Origin: an uncultured delta proteobacterium | Lineage (GTDB): Bacteria > Myxococcota > Myxococcia > Myxococcales > Myxococcaceae | Direction of reading: 5' to 3' | DNA: 64,000 nt | Assembly (NCBI GenBank): GCA_963771175.1 | Contig: CAVYSY010000052.1 | Coordinates: forward strand, 96,001 to 160,000 | Part shown: positions 22,803-33,605 of the stretch, in pieces | Layout of the letters: each line of letters begins with the position of its first letter | Position numbering within the stretch: the first letter of the stretch is position 1 | The notes under the pieces: model-generated | The model's input: the letters and a program-made list of their open reading frames with translations, nothing else | Databases searched by the model: none | Told to the model about the DNA's origin: nothing | Made by a program: the position numbers and the translations under genes

Positions 22803-24212
22803 ATGAACGTACTCCTGGCCCTGCTGCTGGCCGCGAGCACCCAGAGTGCTCCGGCCCCCCGCACCTTCCGCGTCGACTACTTCCACACCGGCAACGCCAC
22901 CGAGGAGCGCTTCAGCCTCGACCGGCTCGTGGTGGAGCCGCTGCCCTGGCCCGGCCACCCCGCCCGCGCCGTCGACGAAACGAACCTCGGCAAGTACCTC
23001 TTCGAGGTGCGGGACAGGGACACGAATCGCCTGCTGTACTCGCGCGGCTTCGCCTCCATCCACGGTGAGTGGGAGACGACTCCCGAGGCCCGTGAGGTGA
23101 ACCGCACCTTCCACGAGTCGCTGCGCTTCCCCGCCCCGTCAAAGCCCGTCCAGGTGCTCCTCAAGAAGCGCGCGAAGGACAACTCCTTCCGCGAGGTGTG
23201 GAGCCTCGCGGTGGACCCCCAGGACATGTTCGTCGACCCGTCCTCCCCCGGCGCTCCGGGCCCGCTGCTCAAGCTGGTGGAGAGCGGCCCGTCGGCGGAG
23301 AAGGTGGACCTGCTCATCCTCGGGGACGGCTACACCGAGCAGGAGCGCGCCAAATTCGAGAAGGACGCGCGGCGGCTGGTGGACATCCTCTTCACCTTCT
23401 CGCCCTTCAAGGAGCGCAAGGCGGACTTCAACGTCTGGGGATTGATGCCGCCCTCCGCGCAGTCCGGCATCTCGCGCCCGTCCACCGGCATCCACCGCTA
23501 CTCGCCCGTGGGCGCCACCTATGACGCCTTCGGCAGCGAGCGCTACGTCCTCACCTTCGAGAACCGCCGCTTCCGCGACCTCGCCGCGTTCGCGCCCTAC
23601 GAGTTCGTCGAAATCCTCGTCAACGGCAACACCTACGGCGGCGGTGGCATCTTCGGCCTCTACAGCACCGTGGCCGCCGACAGCCTCTGGTCCCCCTATG
23701 TCTTCGTCCACGAGTTCGGCCACCACTTCGCCGGGCTGGCGGACGAGTACTACACCTCGGAGTCGGCCTACGCCCCCGCCGCGGAGCTCGTGGAGCCGTG
23801 GGAGAAGAACGTCACCGCGCTGAAGGACCCCGCCCGGCTCAAGTGGAAGGACCTGGTGGCCGCCAATACGCCGCTGCCCACCCCGTGGAAGAAGGACGAG
23901 TACGAGGCCCACGCCCGCAAGGTGCAGGAGCAGCGCCGGAAGATTCGCGCCGAGCGCCGCCCCGAGTCCGAGATGGATGCACTCTTCACCGCCCAACGGG
24001 ACTGGGAGGAGCCGTTCCTCGCCAAGCAGCCGTACTCGGGCAAGGTGGGGGCCTTCGAGGGTGCCATGTACGAGGCCCGTGGTTACTACCGCCCCCAGCT
24101 CGACTGCGTGATGTTCACCCGCGACCGCGTGCCCTTCTGCGCCGTGTGCCAGCGGGCCCTCGGCGAGGTCATCGACCTGTATACGGGCAAGGGCGCGAAG
24201 GCGGCCCCCTGA
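22803..24212 (+). CDS. Peptidase M64 family metalloprotease
   Basis: Signal peptide; VDLLILGDGY, HEFGHHFAGLADEY, FEGA, YRP..CVM..FCAVC. Confidence 0.9.
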   Translation: MNVLLALLLAASTQSAPAPRTFRVDYFHTGNATEERFSLDRLVVEPLPWPGHPARAVDETNLGKYLFEVRDRDTNRLLYSRGFASIHGEWETTPEAREVNRTFHESLRFPAPSKPVQVLLKKRAKDNSFREVWSLAVDPQDMFVDPSSPGAPGPLLKLVESGPSAEKVDLLILGDGYTEQERAKFEKDARRLVDILFTFSPFKERKADFNVWGLMPPSAQSGISRPSTGIHRYSPVGATYDAFGSERYVLTFENRRFRDLAAFAPYEFVEILVNGNTYGGGGIFGLYSTVAADSLWSPYVFVHEFGHHFAGLADEYYTSESAYAPAAELVEPWEKNVTALKDPARLKWKDLVAANTPLPTPWKKDEYEAHARKVQEQRRKIRAERRPESEMDALFTAQRDWEEPFLAKQPYSGKVGAFEGAMYEARGYYRPQLDCVMFTRDRVPFCAVCQRALGEVIDLYTGKGAKAAP

Positions 24213-24328
24213 GGGCGGCACCTCCGGCCCGGGAGCGGGGTCCCTGGCCGCCAGGGCGTCCTTCCCTTGCCTGCTGCCGTCCTGGTGCAACGTCTCCAAC
24301 CTGACAGGGAAAGGAGGCGGACACACCC

Positions 24329-24787
24329 ATGGCCATGATGCACAATCAGGAGACGGAGTCCTGGTCCGGTGAAGGCGTAGGAACGAGCGCGGAGTCGTTC
24401 CTCGCGCGAATCAACCGCGAGGTCCCCGAGTATCCCCCGGCCGATGCGGCGGACGCGGTGATGAGCGCACTCTGCGCACGGTTGCCCGGTGGGCTGGTGC
24501 AGGAGATGAGGGAGCAGTTCCCCGAGGATCTGCGACAACTCTTCCAGCACTGCTGGAAGGACCGCAGCGCTCCCGGGAAGAAGTTCGACAAGGACGACTT
24601 CTACATGGACGTCGCCGAGCATCTGCAGATTGACGCCGAGCAGGTCCGTCTCGTCCTCTACGTCGTCTTCGCCTCCATCCGCTCGCAGATCACCGAGAAG
24701 CTGTCGGACAAGATCGACGGTGAGCTGCCGCCCAACATGTCCGGCACCTGGGAAGCCTCGCATCGGGGCGCGGAGCGGCCTCGCTGA
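24329..24787 (+). CDS. DUF2267-like protein
   Basis: 152 aa, two helical repeats (AADAVMSALCARL...; VRLVLYVVFASIRSQI...LP...W); GGAGG RBS. Confidence 0.7.
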   Translation: MAMMHNQETESWSGEGVGTSAESFLARINREVPEYPPADAADAVMSALCARLPGGLVQEMREQFPEDLRQLFQHCWKDRSAPGKKFDKDDFYMDVAEHLQIDAEQVRLVLYVVFASIRSQITEKLSDKIDGELPPNMSGTWEASHRGAERPR

Positions 24788-24795
24788 GACTCCGC

Positions 24796-24829
24796 GGGGC
24801 CCCGGTGGGCCATGTGCCCCCGGGGCCCC
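24796..24829. terminator. GC-rich hairpin between convergent genes
   Basis: GGGGCCCCGG (24796-24805) pairs with CCGGGGCCCC (24820-24829). Confidence 0.55.
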
Positions 24830-24850
24830 TTCGCTTCGAGACCCCGCGTC

Positions 24851-25642
24851 CTACCGGCCCGGTGCCGGCGCTCCCGGCTCGATGGCGAAGATGAGCGTCA
24901 CCACCGCCCGCACCGTCTGCTCCTCCGGTTGGATGGGCGTCGTCACGTCCGCCGGCGCTCCCCCCCGGGCCAGCTCGTAGCGCGCCACCACCGGGATGGG
25001 TCGCTGCGGCTCCGTCACCGTGCTCGCGTCCAGCACCGGCCCCAGCTTCACCCCCAACGACGTCGCCAGCACCTGCGCCGACTGCCTCGCCCGCTCCACC
25101 GCGTTGCGCAGCGCCTCTCCCTGCACCGTCTCCGGCTTGCTCAGCCCGAAGCGCACCGACTCCACCCGGTTCGCCCCCGCCCCCAACGCCGTGTCCAGCA
25201 GCGTCCCCACCCGCGCCAGCTCGCGCACGTGCACCTCCACCAGGTTGCTCACCCGGTAGCCCCGCAGCTTCGGCGCCTCGTCCGGCTTCGTCGGCGGCGT
25301 GTACTCCGGGTACACCGCGTAGTTGCGCGTCTCCATCTCCTTGCGCGGAATCCCCGCCCGCACCAGCGCGGTGATGACCTTGTCCATGTTCCGCGCGTTG
25401 TCCTCCGCCGCCGCCTTCGCCGTCGGGGCCTGCGTCTCCACCGCCAGGTCGATGAAGGCCTCGTCCGGCGCCACCTTCACCTCGCCCATCCCCTCCACCC
25501 GGATGGTCCGCTCCGAGGGAGCCACCCGCGGCGGGGGGAGCGGCGCGGGCACGGGCGTCGGCTCCCGGGGTTGGGCCTCGGCCACCCACGTCAGGGGGCT
25601 CATCAGCAGAACGAGCAACGGGGCCATGCGCGCAACGAACAT
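24851..25642 (-). CDS. SIMPL (DUF541) domain periplasmic protein
   Basis: Signal peptide; IRVEGMGEVKVAPD, GYRVSN, GANRV; GAGGAGG RBS. Confidence 0.88.
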   Translation of the reverse strand: MFVARMAPLLVLLMSPLTWVAEAQPREPTPVPAPLPPPRVAPSERTIRVEGMGEVKVAPDEAFIDLAVETQAPTAKAAAEDNARNMDKVITALVRAGIPRKEMETRNYAVYPEYTPPTKPDEAPKLRGYRVSNLVEVHVRELARVGTLLDTALGAGANRVESVRFGLSKPETVQGEALRNAVERARQSAQVLATSLGVKLGPVLDASTVTEPQRPIPVVARYELARGGAPADVTTPIQPEEQTVRAVVTLIFAIEPGAPAPGR

Positions 25643-25877
25643 CGCGGTGCCTCCTCGCGGGGTGGGCTCCTCCTCAAGGTGGGTCCGTGGACAAGGGGTG
25701 GCATTGCCCGGCGGGTGGACCGGACGAGCGCTCGCCAGGGCCGAGCGTCCACCTTCCAGCGATAGACGCTCCCTCCGGGACATTGCAACGACGCAGCGCG
25801 CTGCCCATCCTCCCCTCGGCCGAACCGGAGCACATGGACCGACCCGGCGAGGCCCTGCCGTCCGAGGGGGAGACACC

Positions 25878-26849
25878 GTGGCCACTGACACCCTGCGCCT
25901 GCGCGTGGAGCGCATCACGCCCGAAGCCGAGGACATCCTCTCCTACGAGCTCGTCTCCGAGGACGGCGGCCCGCTGCCACCCTTCGAGGCCGGCTCCCAC
26001 CTGGACGTCCACGTCCCCGGGGGTTTCCTGCGGCAGTACTCGCTCTGCAATGACCCGGAGGAGACACACCGCTACCTCATCGCCGTGCAGCGGGACTCGC
26101 GGGGACGCGGGGGCTCGCGCGCGATGCACGAGCAGGTCCACCCCGGCGCCGTGCTCACCACCCGTCCGCCGCGCAACGACTTCCCGCTGCTGCACGCCCG
26201 CGGCTACGTGCTGGTGGCCGGTGGCATCGGCATCACCCCGCTGCTGTCCATGGCCCGCACCCTCCGGCGCCGGGGCGCGAAGTGGCACCTCTATTTCTGC
26301 ACCCGCTCGCCCGAGCGCACCGCCTTCCGCGAGCTGCTCTCCTCACCGGACTTCGCCGGCCACGTCACCTTCCACCATGATGGGGGAGACCCGTCCCGGG
26401 GGCTCGACATGAGGGAGCTGCTCGCCACGCGGACCGCGGGCTTCCGCCTCTACTGCTGCGGCCCCGCCGGGTTGATGAAGGCCGTGCGCGAGGCCTCCGT
26501 CCACCACCAGTGGCCGAGCGAGAAGGTCCACTTCGAGGCCTTCACCGCCGAGGCCACCGGCGCCATCAGCGCGCGCGCGGACTCCGAGTTCCAGGTCGTC
26601 GTCCGCAGCACCGGCGCCGCCTACCCCGTCCCGGCGGGGCAGACCGTGCTCAACGTGCTGCGCAAGAACGGGCTGCGCGTCCCCAGCGACTGCGAGGCCG
26701 GCTCCTGCGGCACCTGCCTCACCCACGTCCTCGAGGGCGAGCCCGACCACCGCGACACCTTCCTGTCCGAGCCCCAGCGCAACACGTGCCGCAACATGCT
26801 CCTCTGCGTGTCGCGCGCTCGCTCGCGCAAGCTCGTGCTGGACCTGTAG
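25878..26849 (+). CDS. PDR/VanB family flavin-[2Fe-2S] oxidoreductase
   Basis: RQYSL, GRGGS, AGGIGITP, YCCGP, CEAGSCGTC, LCVSRA. Confidence 0.92.
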   Translation: MATDTLRLRVERITPEAEDILSYELVSEDGGPLPPFEAGSHLDVHVPGGFLRQYSLCNDPEETHRYLIAVQRDSRGRGGSRAMHEQVHPGAVLTTRPPRNDFPLLHARGYVLVAGGIGITPLLSMARTLRRRGAKWHLYFCTRSPERTAFRELLSSPDFAGHVTFHHDGGDPSRGLDMRELLATRTAGFRLYCCGPAGLMKAVREASVHHQWPSEKVHFEAFTAEATGAISARADSEFQVVVRSTGAAYPVPAGQTVLNVLRKNGLRVPSDCEAGSCGTCLTHVLEGEPDHRDTFLSEPQRNTCRNMLLCVSRARSRKLVLDL

Positions 26850-26867
26850 GCGCGCGGGCCCCGCGCC

Positions 26868-29800
26868 TCACGCCGCCTGGCCCGGCTCCCGGCCTCGCGC
26901 CTTCGCCACCCAGCCGCGCACCTGCTCGCGCAGCTTCTGTGGATCAAACGGCTTGTCCACGCGCTCGTTCTCCACGCGGTCCATGAAGGAGCGCGCCGCC
27001 GGCGTGAAGGCGCCTCCGGTGAGGAACACCATCCGCTGAGCCACCGTGGGTGCCGCCACCGTCAGCTCGGCGTGCACCTCCATGCCCGTCAGGTCCGGCA
27101 TCATCAGGTCGCAGAGGATGACGTCCACCTCCTGCCCCTTGGGACCCAGCAGCATCGTCAGCGCCTGACGGGAGCTCGTCACCACCTCCACGTCGTGCTC
27201 GCGCGCCAGCGTCCGCCTCACCGCGGAGCTCACCATCACATCATCGTCGACAATCATCACTCGGCCACGCACGCGCGCACCCTCCTGCTGTTCCCGCTGT
27301 ACCGGACGCACTCCCGAGGCAGCGGGCGCCGCCGCTGCCCCCAGTGTCACACGAAACACCGTCCCCTTGCCCGGCTCACTCTCCACGGAAATGTCCCCGC
27401 CCAGGGCGCTGATGAATCGATGACACAGCGCCAGCCCCAACCCCGTCCCCACCCCCACCGGTTTGGTGGTGAAGAAGGGGTCGAAGATGTGCGCCATCAC
27501 CTCCGGGGGAATACCACACCCGGTGTCCCTGCACCTCCGCCACCACCCGCTCTCCGGCCCGCAGCGTCACCAGCCGCACCTCGTGGAGCGCCACCTGTCC
27601 CTCGGGAAAGGCCTGCGCGGCGTTGATGATGAGGTTGAGGAAGACCTGCGCCAGCCGAGGCTCGTTGCCGTCCACCCAGGCGAAATCCCCGTACTCCTTC
27701 ACCAGCCGGGCCCGTGGGCGCAGCTCGTTCGCCGCCAGCTTCGCCGCCGAGTCCAGCACCGCGTGCAGGTCCACCGGCCCGCGCGCCTCCTCGTCGCCGC
27801 GTGAGAAGGTCCTCAGGTCCTGGACGATGCGCCGCACCCGCTCCGCGCCGTGCAGGGCCTCGCGCAGCGCCCGCTCCATGTCCTCGAGCCGCTTGCCGCC
27901 CGGAGTGCCCGCCGGCAGCTCCCGCCCCAGCACCGCCGCCTCCGCGCTGGCGAACTCCAGGTTGGACACGATGTAGGCCAGCGGGTTGTTGATTTCGTGG
28001 CCCACGCCCGCGGCCAGCGTGCCCACCGCCGCCATCTTCCCCGCCTGCACCAGTTGGGACTGGGCCTGACGCAGGGCGCGCAGGTTCTCGTCCAGCTCGC
28101 GGTTGGCCATGGCCAGCTCGCGCGTGCGCTCCTCCACGCGCGCCTCCAGCCAGCGCTCGCGAGCCTTGAGCCGGCCCACCCGCAGCGCGTACAGCCCCGT
28201 GCCCGCCGCCCCCACGCCCAGCACGCACAGCGCGTAGAACCACAGCGTCTCGTGGAAGCGCGGCACGAGCGTCAGCTCCACGGTGACGCCGGGCTCGGTC
28301 CACACCGCGTCCCGGTTGGCCGCCGTCACCTCGAAGCGGTAGTCGCCCGGGGGCAGGTGCGTGTACGAGACGGTGCGACGCTCCTCGGCATCCACCCACT
28401 CCGGGTCATGCCCCACCAGCCGGTAGCGGAGGGGCAGCCGGGTGGAGTCCCCCAGCGAGAGCGCGGTGAAGCGGAACTCCACGTCCCGCTGTCCCGGCTC
28501 CAGCACCAGCTTGCCGGCGGGCGGCACCGGCCGGCCCTGCACCCGCACCTCCTCCAGACGCGGCTCGGCCGGCGGGCGGCTGCACCACCAGCTTCTTCGG
28601 GTCCACCGCCACCACGCCCTTGAGCGTGGGGAACCACAGCCGCCCGTCGCGCGAGCGCCACCCCGCGGGCGACAGGTTGCCGTTGCACTCGGCGCTGCGC
28701 AGGCCGTCGCGCCTGTCGAAGAAGAGCGCGCGCACCGCGGTGCGCTGGCCCTCGGCCACCTCCTCCAGCTCGCGCCGGGACACCCGGGAGATGCCCTTGT
28801 TGCAGCTCATCCACAGGTGGCCCTCCTCGTCCTCGAGGATGCGGAAGACGGCGTCGTCGACGAGGCCCTGCGCGGTGGTGAAGCGCGTGAAGCGCCCGCC
28901 TCGCAGCAGGGTGAGGCCCGTGCTCGTCCCCACCCACAGGCCGCCCGCGCGGGTCCGCGTACAGGTCTATCACCCGGTTGCCCGTGAGCCCGTCCGCCGT
29001 GGTGAAGCGCGTGAAGGTGTCGCCCGACAGCCGGTACAGCCCCCCGAAGGAGCCGAACCAGAGCGTCCCCTCGGAGTCCTCGGCGATGGTGGGAACGCTC
29101 TCCTGCGGGCCCCCCTGCTCCGGGCCGAAGCAGGTGAGGGCGGCCCCGCGCTTGCGGCACAGGCCCCCCAGCGTGCCGAATCCACAGGTCGCCCCGCGAG
29201 TCGACGAAGAGGGAGAAGACGAGGTCATCCGCCAGCCCGTGCTCGCGCCCCAGCCGGGTGAAGCTCCGGCCGTCGTAGTGGAAGACGCCCCCGGGGGTGC
29301 CCACCCACAGCGTGCCGTCCCGGTCCTCGGCGATGGCGCGGAGGGTCTCCTGGGTGAGCCCCTCCTCCCGTCCGAAGTGGGTGAGCACTCCGTCCTTCAT
29401 CCGGGTCAGTCCACCCGCGTAGGACCCCATCCACAGCGCGCCCTGATGATCCTCCAGCACCACCGTGGACAGGTCGTCCTTGAGGCCCTCGGGTTGGCCG
29501 AAGGCGATGAAGGGGGCAGCCCGAAACCGATAGAGGCCTCCCATGAACGTGCCCACCCAGAGGGAGCCCTCACGGTCCTCCAGCAGGGACATCACGCTCC
29601 CGCCGGGGAAGCCCTCCTTCGGGCCGAGCACGGAGAAGCCCGCCGCCGAGCCACGCCACAGCCGGCCCTTCTCGGTGCCCACCCACAGGTTGCCGTCGCG
29701 GTCCTCCGCGAGCGCGTTCACCTGCTCGCCCGGAGCACCCTCCCGGAGAGTGACGAGCCGGGCCTGTCCCTCGTGAAAGCGGACCAGGCCCGCGTCCGTG

Positions 29801-30514
29801 CCCACCCACAGCGACTCGTCCCGCCGCTCGAGCAGCGCCCGCACCGCCACTCCGGCCACGCCCCCCGGCAGACGCACCGGCTCCAGGCGACCCTTGGACA
29901 GGCGCGCCAGTCCCCGCGTCGTCCCCACCCACAGCACGCCCTCGCTGGTCCAGCAGCAGCGACGCCACCTTGCCGGAAGGCAGCCCCTCGTGGGTGCCGT
30001 AGCGCCGCACCTGCCCGTCCCGCAGGAGGAAGAGCCCCTCCTCCGCCCCCACCCACAGGCTCCCGTCCCCGCCCACCGCGAGCGCGTGCACCTCCACGTC
30101 GCCCAATTCCGACTCCGGGGCCACGCGCTGGAAACGCCCCTCCCGGTAGGAGAGGACGCCCCGCCCCGTGCCCACCCACAGCGTGCCGGTCGCGTCCTCG
30201 ACGAGCGCGCGGCTCACCTCGTCGCGCAGCTCGGGCGTGTTGTGCTTGTCGAAGACGGTGAAGCGCAGGCCATCGAAACGGACGAGTCCCTCCCACGTCC
30301 CTCCCCACAGGAAGCCGTCGCGCGTCTGCGCCAGCGAGTAGATGGAGTTCTGCGGCAGCCCGTCCTCGTCCCTCCAGACGTCCTGGCTGTACTGGGTGAC
30401 GCGGCGGTGGGGATCGAGCGCGTGCGCGGGCGCCCCCAGGCCCACCAGCACCGCCATGGCCGGCACCAGCAGGCCGTGCATCCCGACTCGTCGCATTCCG
30501 GCCAGATGTGCCAT
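26868..30514 (-). CDS. Hybrid sensor kinase: beta-propeller (Reg_prop) repeats, Y_Y_Y domain, HisKA/HATPase, receiver; frameshifted
   Basis: Repeated EDxxGxLWVGT units, YRLVG..W..YTHLPPGDYRFEV, GHEINNPL, DPFFTTK, GTGLGL, C-terminal IVDDD/DLMMP/KPF; spans ORF pieces 29570-30514, 28807-29937, 28326-29228, 28406-28933, 27376-28548 and 26868-27500. Confidence 0.9.
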
Positions 30515-30707
30515 GTCCGACAGCCTCGTATCAAACCAGGTCCGAGAAATAGCCCCCTACCCGGCCAGGACTCCCTCGGTTCCCCGGCTCGTAGACGGGA
30601 TTCCCCTGGAAAAACAAGCGGGTAGCCGAGCAAGAGCGTGACCTCCCGAATACCTGCCTTCCTGGAAGATGCTAGGTTCGCGCCCCTCACCCCGGCCCCC
30701 GCCTCCG

Positions 30708-32495
30708 ATGACCGCCGCCAGCCCCCGGGCCACCCCCGAGCCCCTCCCCGAGCCGCCCCCGTCCCCCCCAGAGGAGCCACGCCGCCGCTCCCGGTCCCGC
30801 GCGGACCGGCCGCGCCAGGCGAGCATCGCCGCGGTGGTGGCCCTGCTCCTCTTCGAGTTCACCGTGAGGGGCAACGACATCCCCTGGCGCGAGGCGGTGG
30901 CGGTGCTGCTGGCGGGGGCGGTGGTGGCCACCTTCGGCGGGGAGCTGGTGCGCGACGCCTGGGCCTTCCGCCTGCGCCTGTGGCGCCACCGGTGGCCGGA
31001 CCTGCTCTTCACCGTGCCGACGGCGCTGTCGCTGGGCGCGGGCAGCCCCCGGGGCGCGGCCACCCTGCTGGCGCTGAGGCTGCTGGCGCGCGAGCTCATC
31101 GACCTGGTGGCCTGGCGCCCCGCGCGACCCGTGCTCCAGGCGCTGATGCGGCGCCCGCTGCCGCTGCTGTGCCTCTCCTTCCTGCTCACCATCAGCCTGG
31201 GCACGCTGGCGCTGATGTTCCCCGCGGCCACGCGCGACGGGGTGGGCGCGCCCTTCCTGGTGGCCCTCTTCACCGCCACCAGCGCCTCGTGCGTGACGGG
31301 GCTGTCCGTGGTGGACACCGGGAGCTTCTTCAGCCCCTTCGGCCACTGGGTGATTCTCGGGCTCATCCAGGTGGGGGGCCTGGGCATCATGACCATCACC
31401 ACCACGCTGGCCCTGGCCTTCCGCAGCCAGCTCTCGGCGCGCACCCGGGGGGCCATGCAGGAGCTGCTCGAGGAGGACACGGTCCAGGGCTTCCAGCGGC
31501 TGCTCTACTCCATGTCGCTCATCACCGTGACGCTGGAGGTGCTGGGCGCGCTGGCCCTCTACCCCTCGATGGCGCTGGCGCCGGATGGGCACCCGCTGTC
31601 GGCCTCGGACCGGGCCTTCTACGCCCTGTTCCACGCGGTGAGCGCCTTCTGCAACGCGGGCTTCGGGCTCTACCCGGACAACCTGGTGCGCTTCGTGGGC
31701 AGCCCCGGCGTCAACCTCACCGTCATCTCCCTCATCACCCTGGGAGGCCTGGGCTTCCCCGTCGTCACCTCGCTGCTGGACTGGAGACTGTGGAAGGAGC
31801 GGGGCCTTCGCGGCGCCTGGCGCTTCCTGCCGGTGCACACGCGCGTGGTGCTCCTCACCAGCGCCGCGCTGATGCTGGGGGGCACGCTCGCGTGGCTCGT
31901 CCTGGAGTGGAACCACTCGCTGGCCGGGCTCTCCCTGGGACAGCGGCTGTGGGGCAGCCTCTTCCAGAGCGTCACCTTGCGCACCGCGGGCTTCAACTCG
32001 GTGGACCTGGCGAAGCTGGGCACGCCCATGCTGCTGCTGAGCCTGGTGCTGATGTTCATCGGCGGCTCGCCGGGCGGCACCGCGGGCGGAGTGAAGACGA
32101 GCACGGTGGCGGTGCTGATCTTCACCTTCCGCGCCCTGCTGCACAACCGCTCCGAGGTGGAGGTGATGGGGCGCAGCGTGCCCTCGGCCACGGTGTACCG
32201 GGCGTGCGCGGTGACACTCATCTCCTTCGGCCTGCTCTTCGGGCTGGCCTTCCTGCTCTTCGCCGCCGAGCCCACCCTGCCCTTCCGCGACCTGCTCTTC
32301 GAGGTGGTGAGCGCGTTCGGCACCGTGGGGGTGACCACCGGGGTGACGCCGCAGCTGTCCGCCCTGGGCAAGCTGGTGGTGTGCGCGGCCATGTTCGTGG
32401 GGCGGCTGGGCCCCTTCACCCTGGCGCTCGCGGTGGGGCTGTCCAAGGCGCACGCGAGCTACAGCTACCCCTCGACCAAGATTGTCGTGGGCTGA
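30708..32495 (+). CDS. Trk/Ktr potassium uptake membrane subunit (KtrB/TrkH)
   Basis: SASCVTGL, SAFCNAGF, RTAGF, FIGGSPGGTAGGVK, SAFGTVG pore loops; start uncertain (30669 or 30708). Confidence 0.92.
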   Translation: MTAASPRATPEPLPEPPPSPPEEPRRRSRSRADRPRQASIAAVVALLLFEFTVRGNDIPWREAVAVLLAGAVVATFGGELVRDAWAFRLRLWRHRWPDLLFTVPTALSLGAGSPRGAATLLALRLLARELIDLVAWRPARPVLQALMRRPLPLLCLSFLLTISLGTLALMFPAATRDGVGAPFLVALFTATSASCVTGLSVVDTGSFFSPFGHWVILGLIQVGGLGIMTITTTLALAFRSQLSARTRGAMQELLEEDTVQGFQRLLYSMSLITVTLEVLGALALYPSMALAPDGHPLSASDRAFYALFHAVSAFCNAGFGLYPDNLVRFVGSPGVNLTVISLITLGGLGFPVVTSLLDWRLWKERGLRGAWRFLPVHTRVVLLTSAALMLGGTLAWLVLEWNHSLAGLSLGQRLWGSLFQSVTLRTAGFNSVDLAKLGTPMLLLSLVLMFIGGSPGGTAGGVKTSTVAVLIFTFRALLHNRSEVEVMGRSVPSATVYRACAVTLISFGLLFGLAFLLFAAEPTLPFRDLLFEVVSAFGTVGVTTGVTPQLSALGKLVVCAAMFVGRLGPFTLALAVGLSKAHASYSYPSTKIVVG

Positions 32496-32504
32496 GGAGT
32501 GACG

Positions 32505-33167
32505 ATGAAGACGTACGTGGTGGTGGGCCTGGGCCAGTTCGGTGAGTACGTGGCCCGGCGACTGTCCGAGTCGGGCGGCGAGGTGCTGGCGGTGGACCTC
32601 TCGCTGGAGCGCGTGGAGGCGGTGAAGGACGTGGTGGCGCAGGCGATGCGGGCGGACTGCACCTCGGAGGAGGCGCTGCGGGCGCTGGGGGTGGGCAAGG
32701 CGGAGGTGGCGGTGGTGGCCCTGGGCGAGGAGGACTTCGAGGCGGCGGTGCTGGGGACGGCGGTGCTCAAGGCGCTGGGGGTGAAGACGGTGGTGGCGCG
32801 CTCCTCCAGCCGGCAGCGGGGGAAGATTCTGTCGCTGGCGGGGGCCTCGCGGGTGGTGTACCCGGAGGCGGAGATGGGCGAGCAGCTCGCGCGCAGCCTG
32901 TTGCACACGTGCCTGCAGGCCAGCACCGAGCTGCCCAGTGGCTACGCGCTCGCCGAGCTCCAGGTGCCCGAGCTCGCCTCGGGCAAGAGCCTGCAACAAC
33001 TGCGGCTGCGGCAGACGCACGGGCTGAACGTCATCGCCATCCAGCACCGGGGCGTGGTGAACGAGCCCATCCCCGAGGCCATGCTGCACGCGGGGGACGT
33101 GCTCCTGGTGGCCGGCCGGGGCGAGCGCGTCGCGGCGCTCGCCCGGCTGTGGGAGCCGGGGCGGTAG
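32505..33167 (+). CDS. Trk/Ktr NAD-binding subunit (KtrA/TrkA)
   Basis: VVGLGQFG Rossmann motif, RVVYPE, TrkA_C domain; GAGGAG RBS. Confidence 0.92.
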   Translation: MKTYVVVGLGQFGEYVARRLSESGGEVLAVDLSLERVEAVKDVVAQAMRADCTSEEALRALGVGKAEVAVVALGEEDFEAAVLGTAVLKALGVKTVVARSSSRQRGKILSLAGASRVVYPEAEMGEQLARSLLHTCLQASTELPSGYALAELQVPELASGKSLQQLRLRQTHGLNVIAIQHRGVVNEPIPEAMLHAGDVLLVAGRGERVAALARLWEPGR

Positions 33168-33173
33168 GCTCTT

Positions 33174-33605
33174 TCAAGGAAGAGTCGCCACCTGCCGCTC
33201 CATCAGACGGAGAAGCCGGGTCTTGAGAACACGATACTCATCGACCCGCTCGTCCTCCAGGCTCGACTCGGCATGGAAGCGAATCCCGACCCCGTCGAGC
33301 AGTGCCATGTGGGGCAGCGCCGCGCTCTCGAGCTCTCGCCCGAACGCCTCCAGCGCAGTGCGGAGCCGCTCCAGGCCCGTTCCATCCGCGGCCACGACAT
33401 CGAGGAAGCTCCGCACGGCATTGCCACCGGGCGTGAGGTCCAGCTCACTGTCCACCAGAGTGCCCGGGTACTGCTCGGCCACCGTCATGACAGCCGGACG
33501 CGCCCAGTCGATTCCTGGCGATTCCTGGCCCTGATGAAGGCTCAAGAAGGCATTGATGCCTTCCCGGGAGCTCCGCGAGCGCACGCGCTGTGCAGTCACA
33601 TACAT
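33174..33605 (-). CDS. Hypothetical protein (143 aa), third gene of lower-GC operon
   Basis: Clean ORF; TGATG overlap with upstream gene; GGAGG RBS. Confidence 0.7.
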   Translation of the reverse strand: MYVTAQRVRSRSSREGINAFLSLHQGQESPGIDWARPAVMTVAEQYPGTLVDSELDLTPGGNAVRSFLDVVAADGTGLERLRTALEAFGRELESAALPHMALLDGVGIRFHAESSLEDERVDEYRVLKTRLLRLMERQVATLP

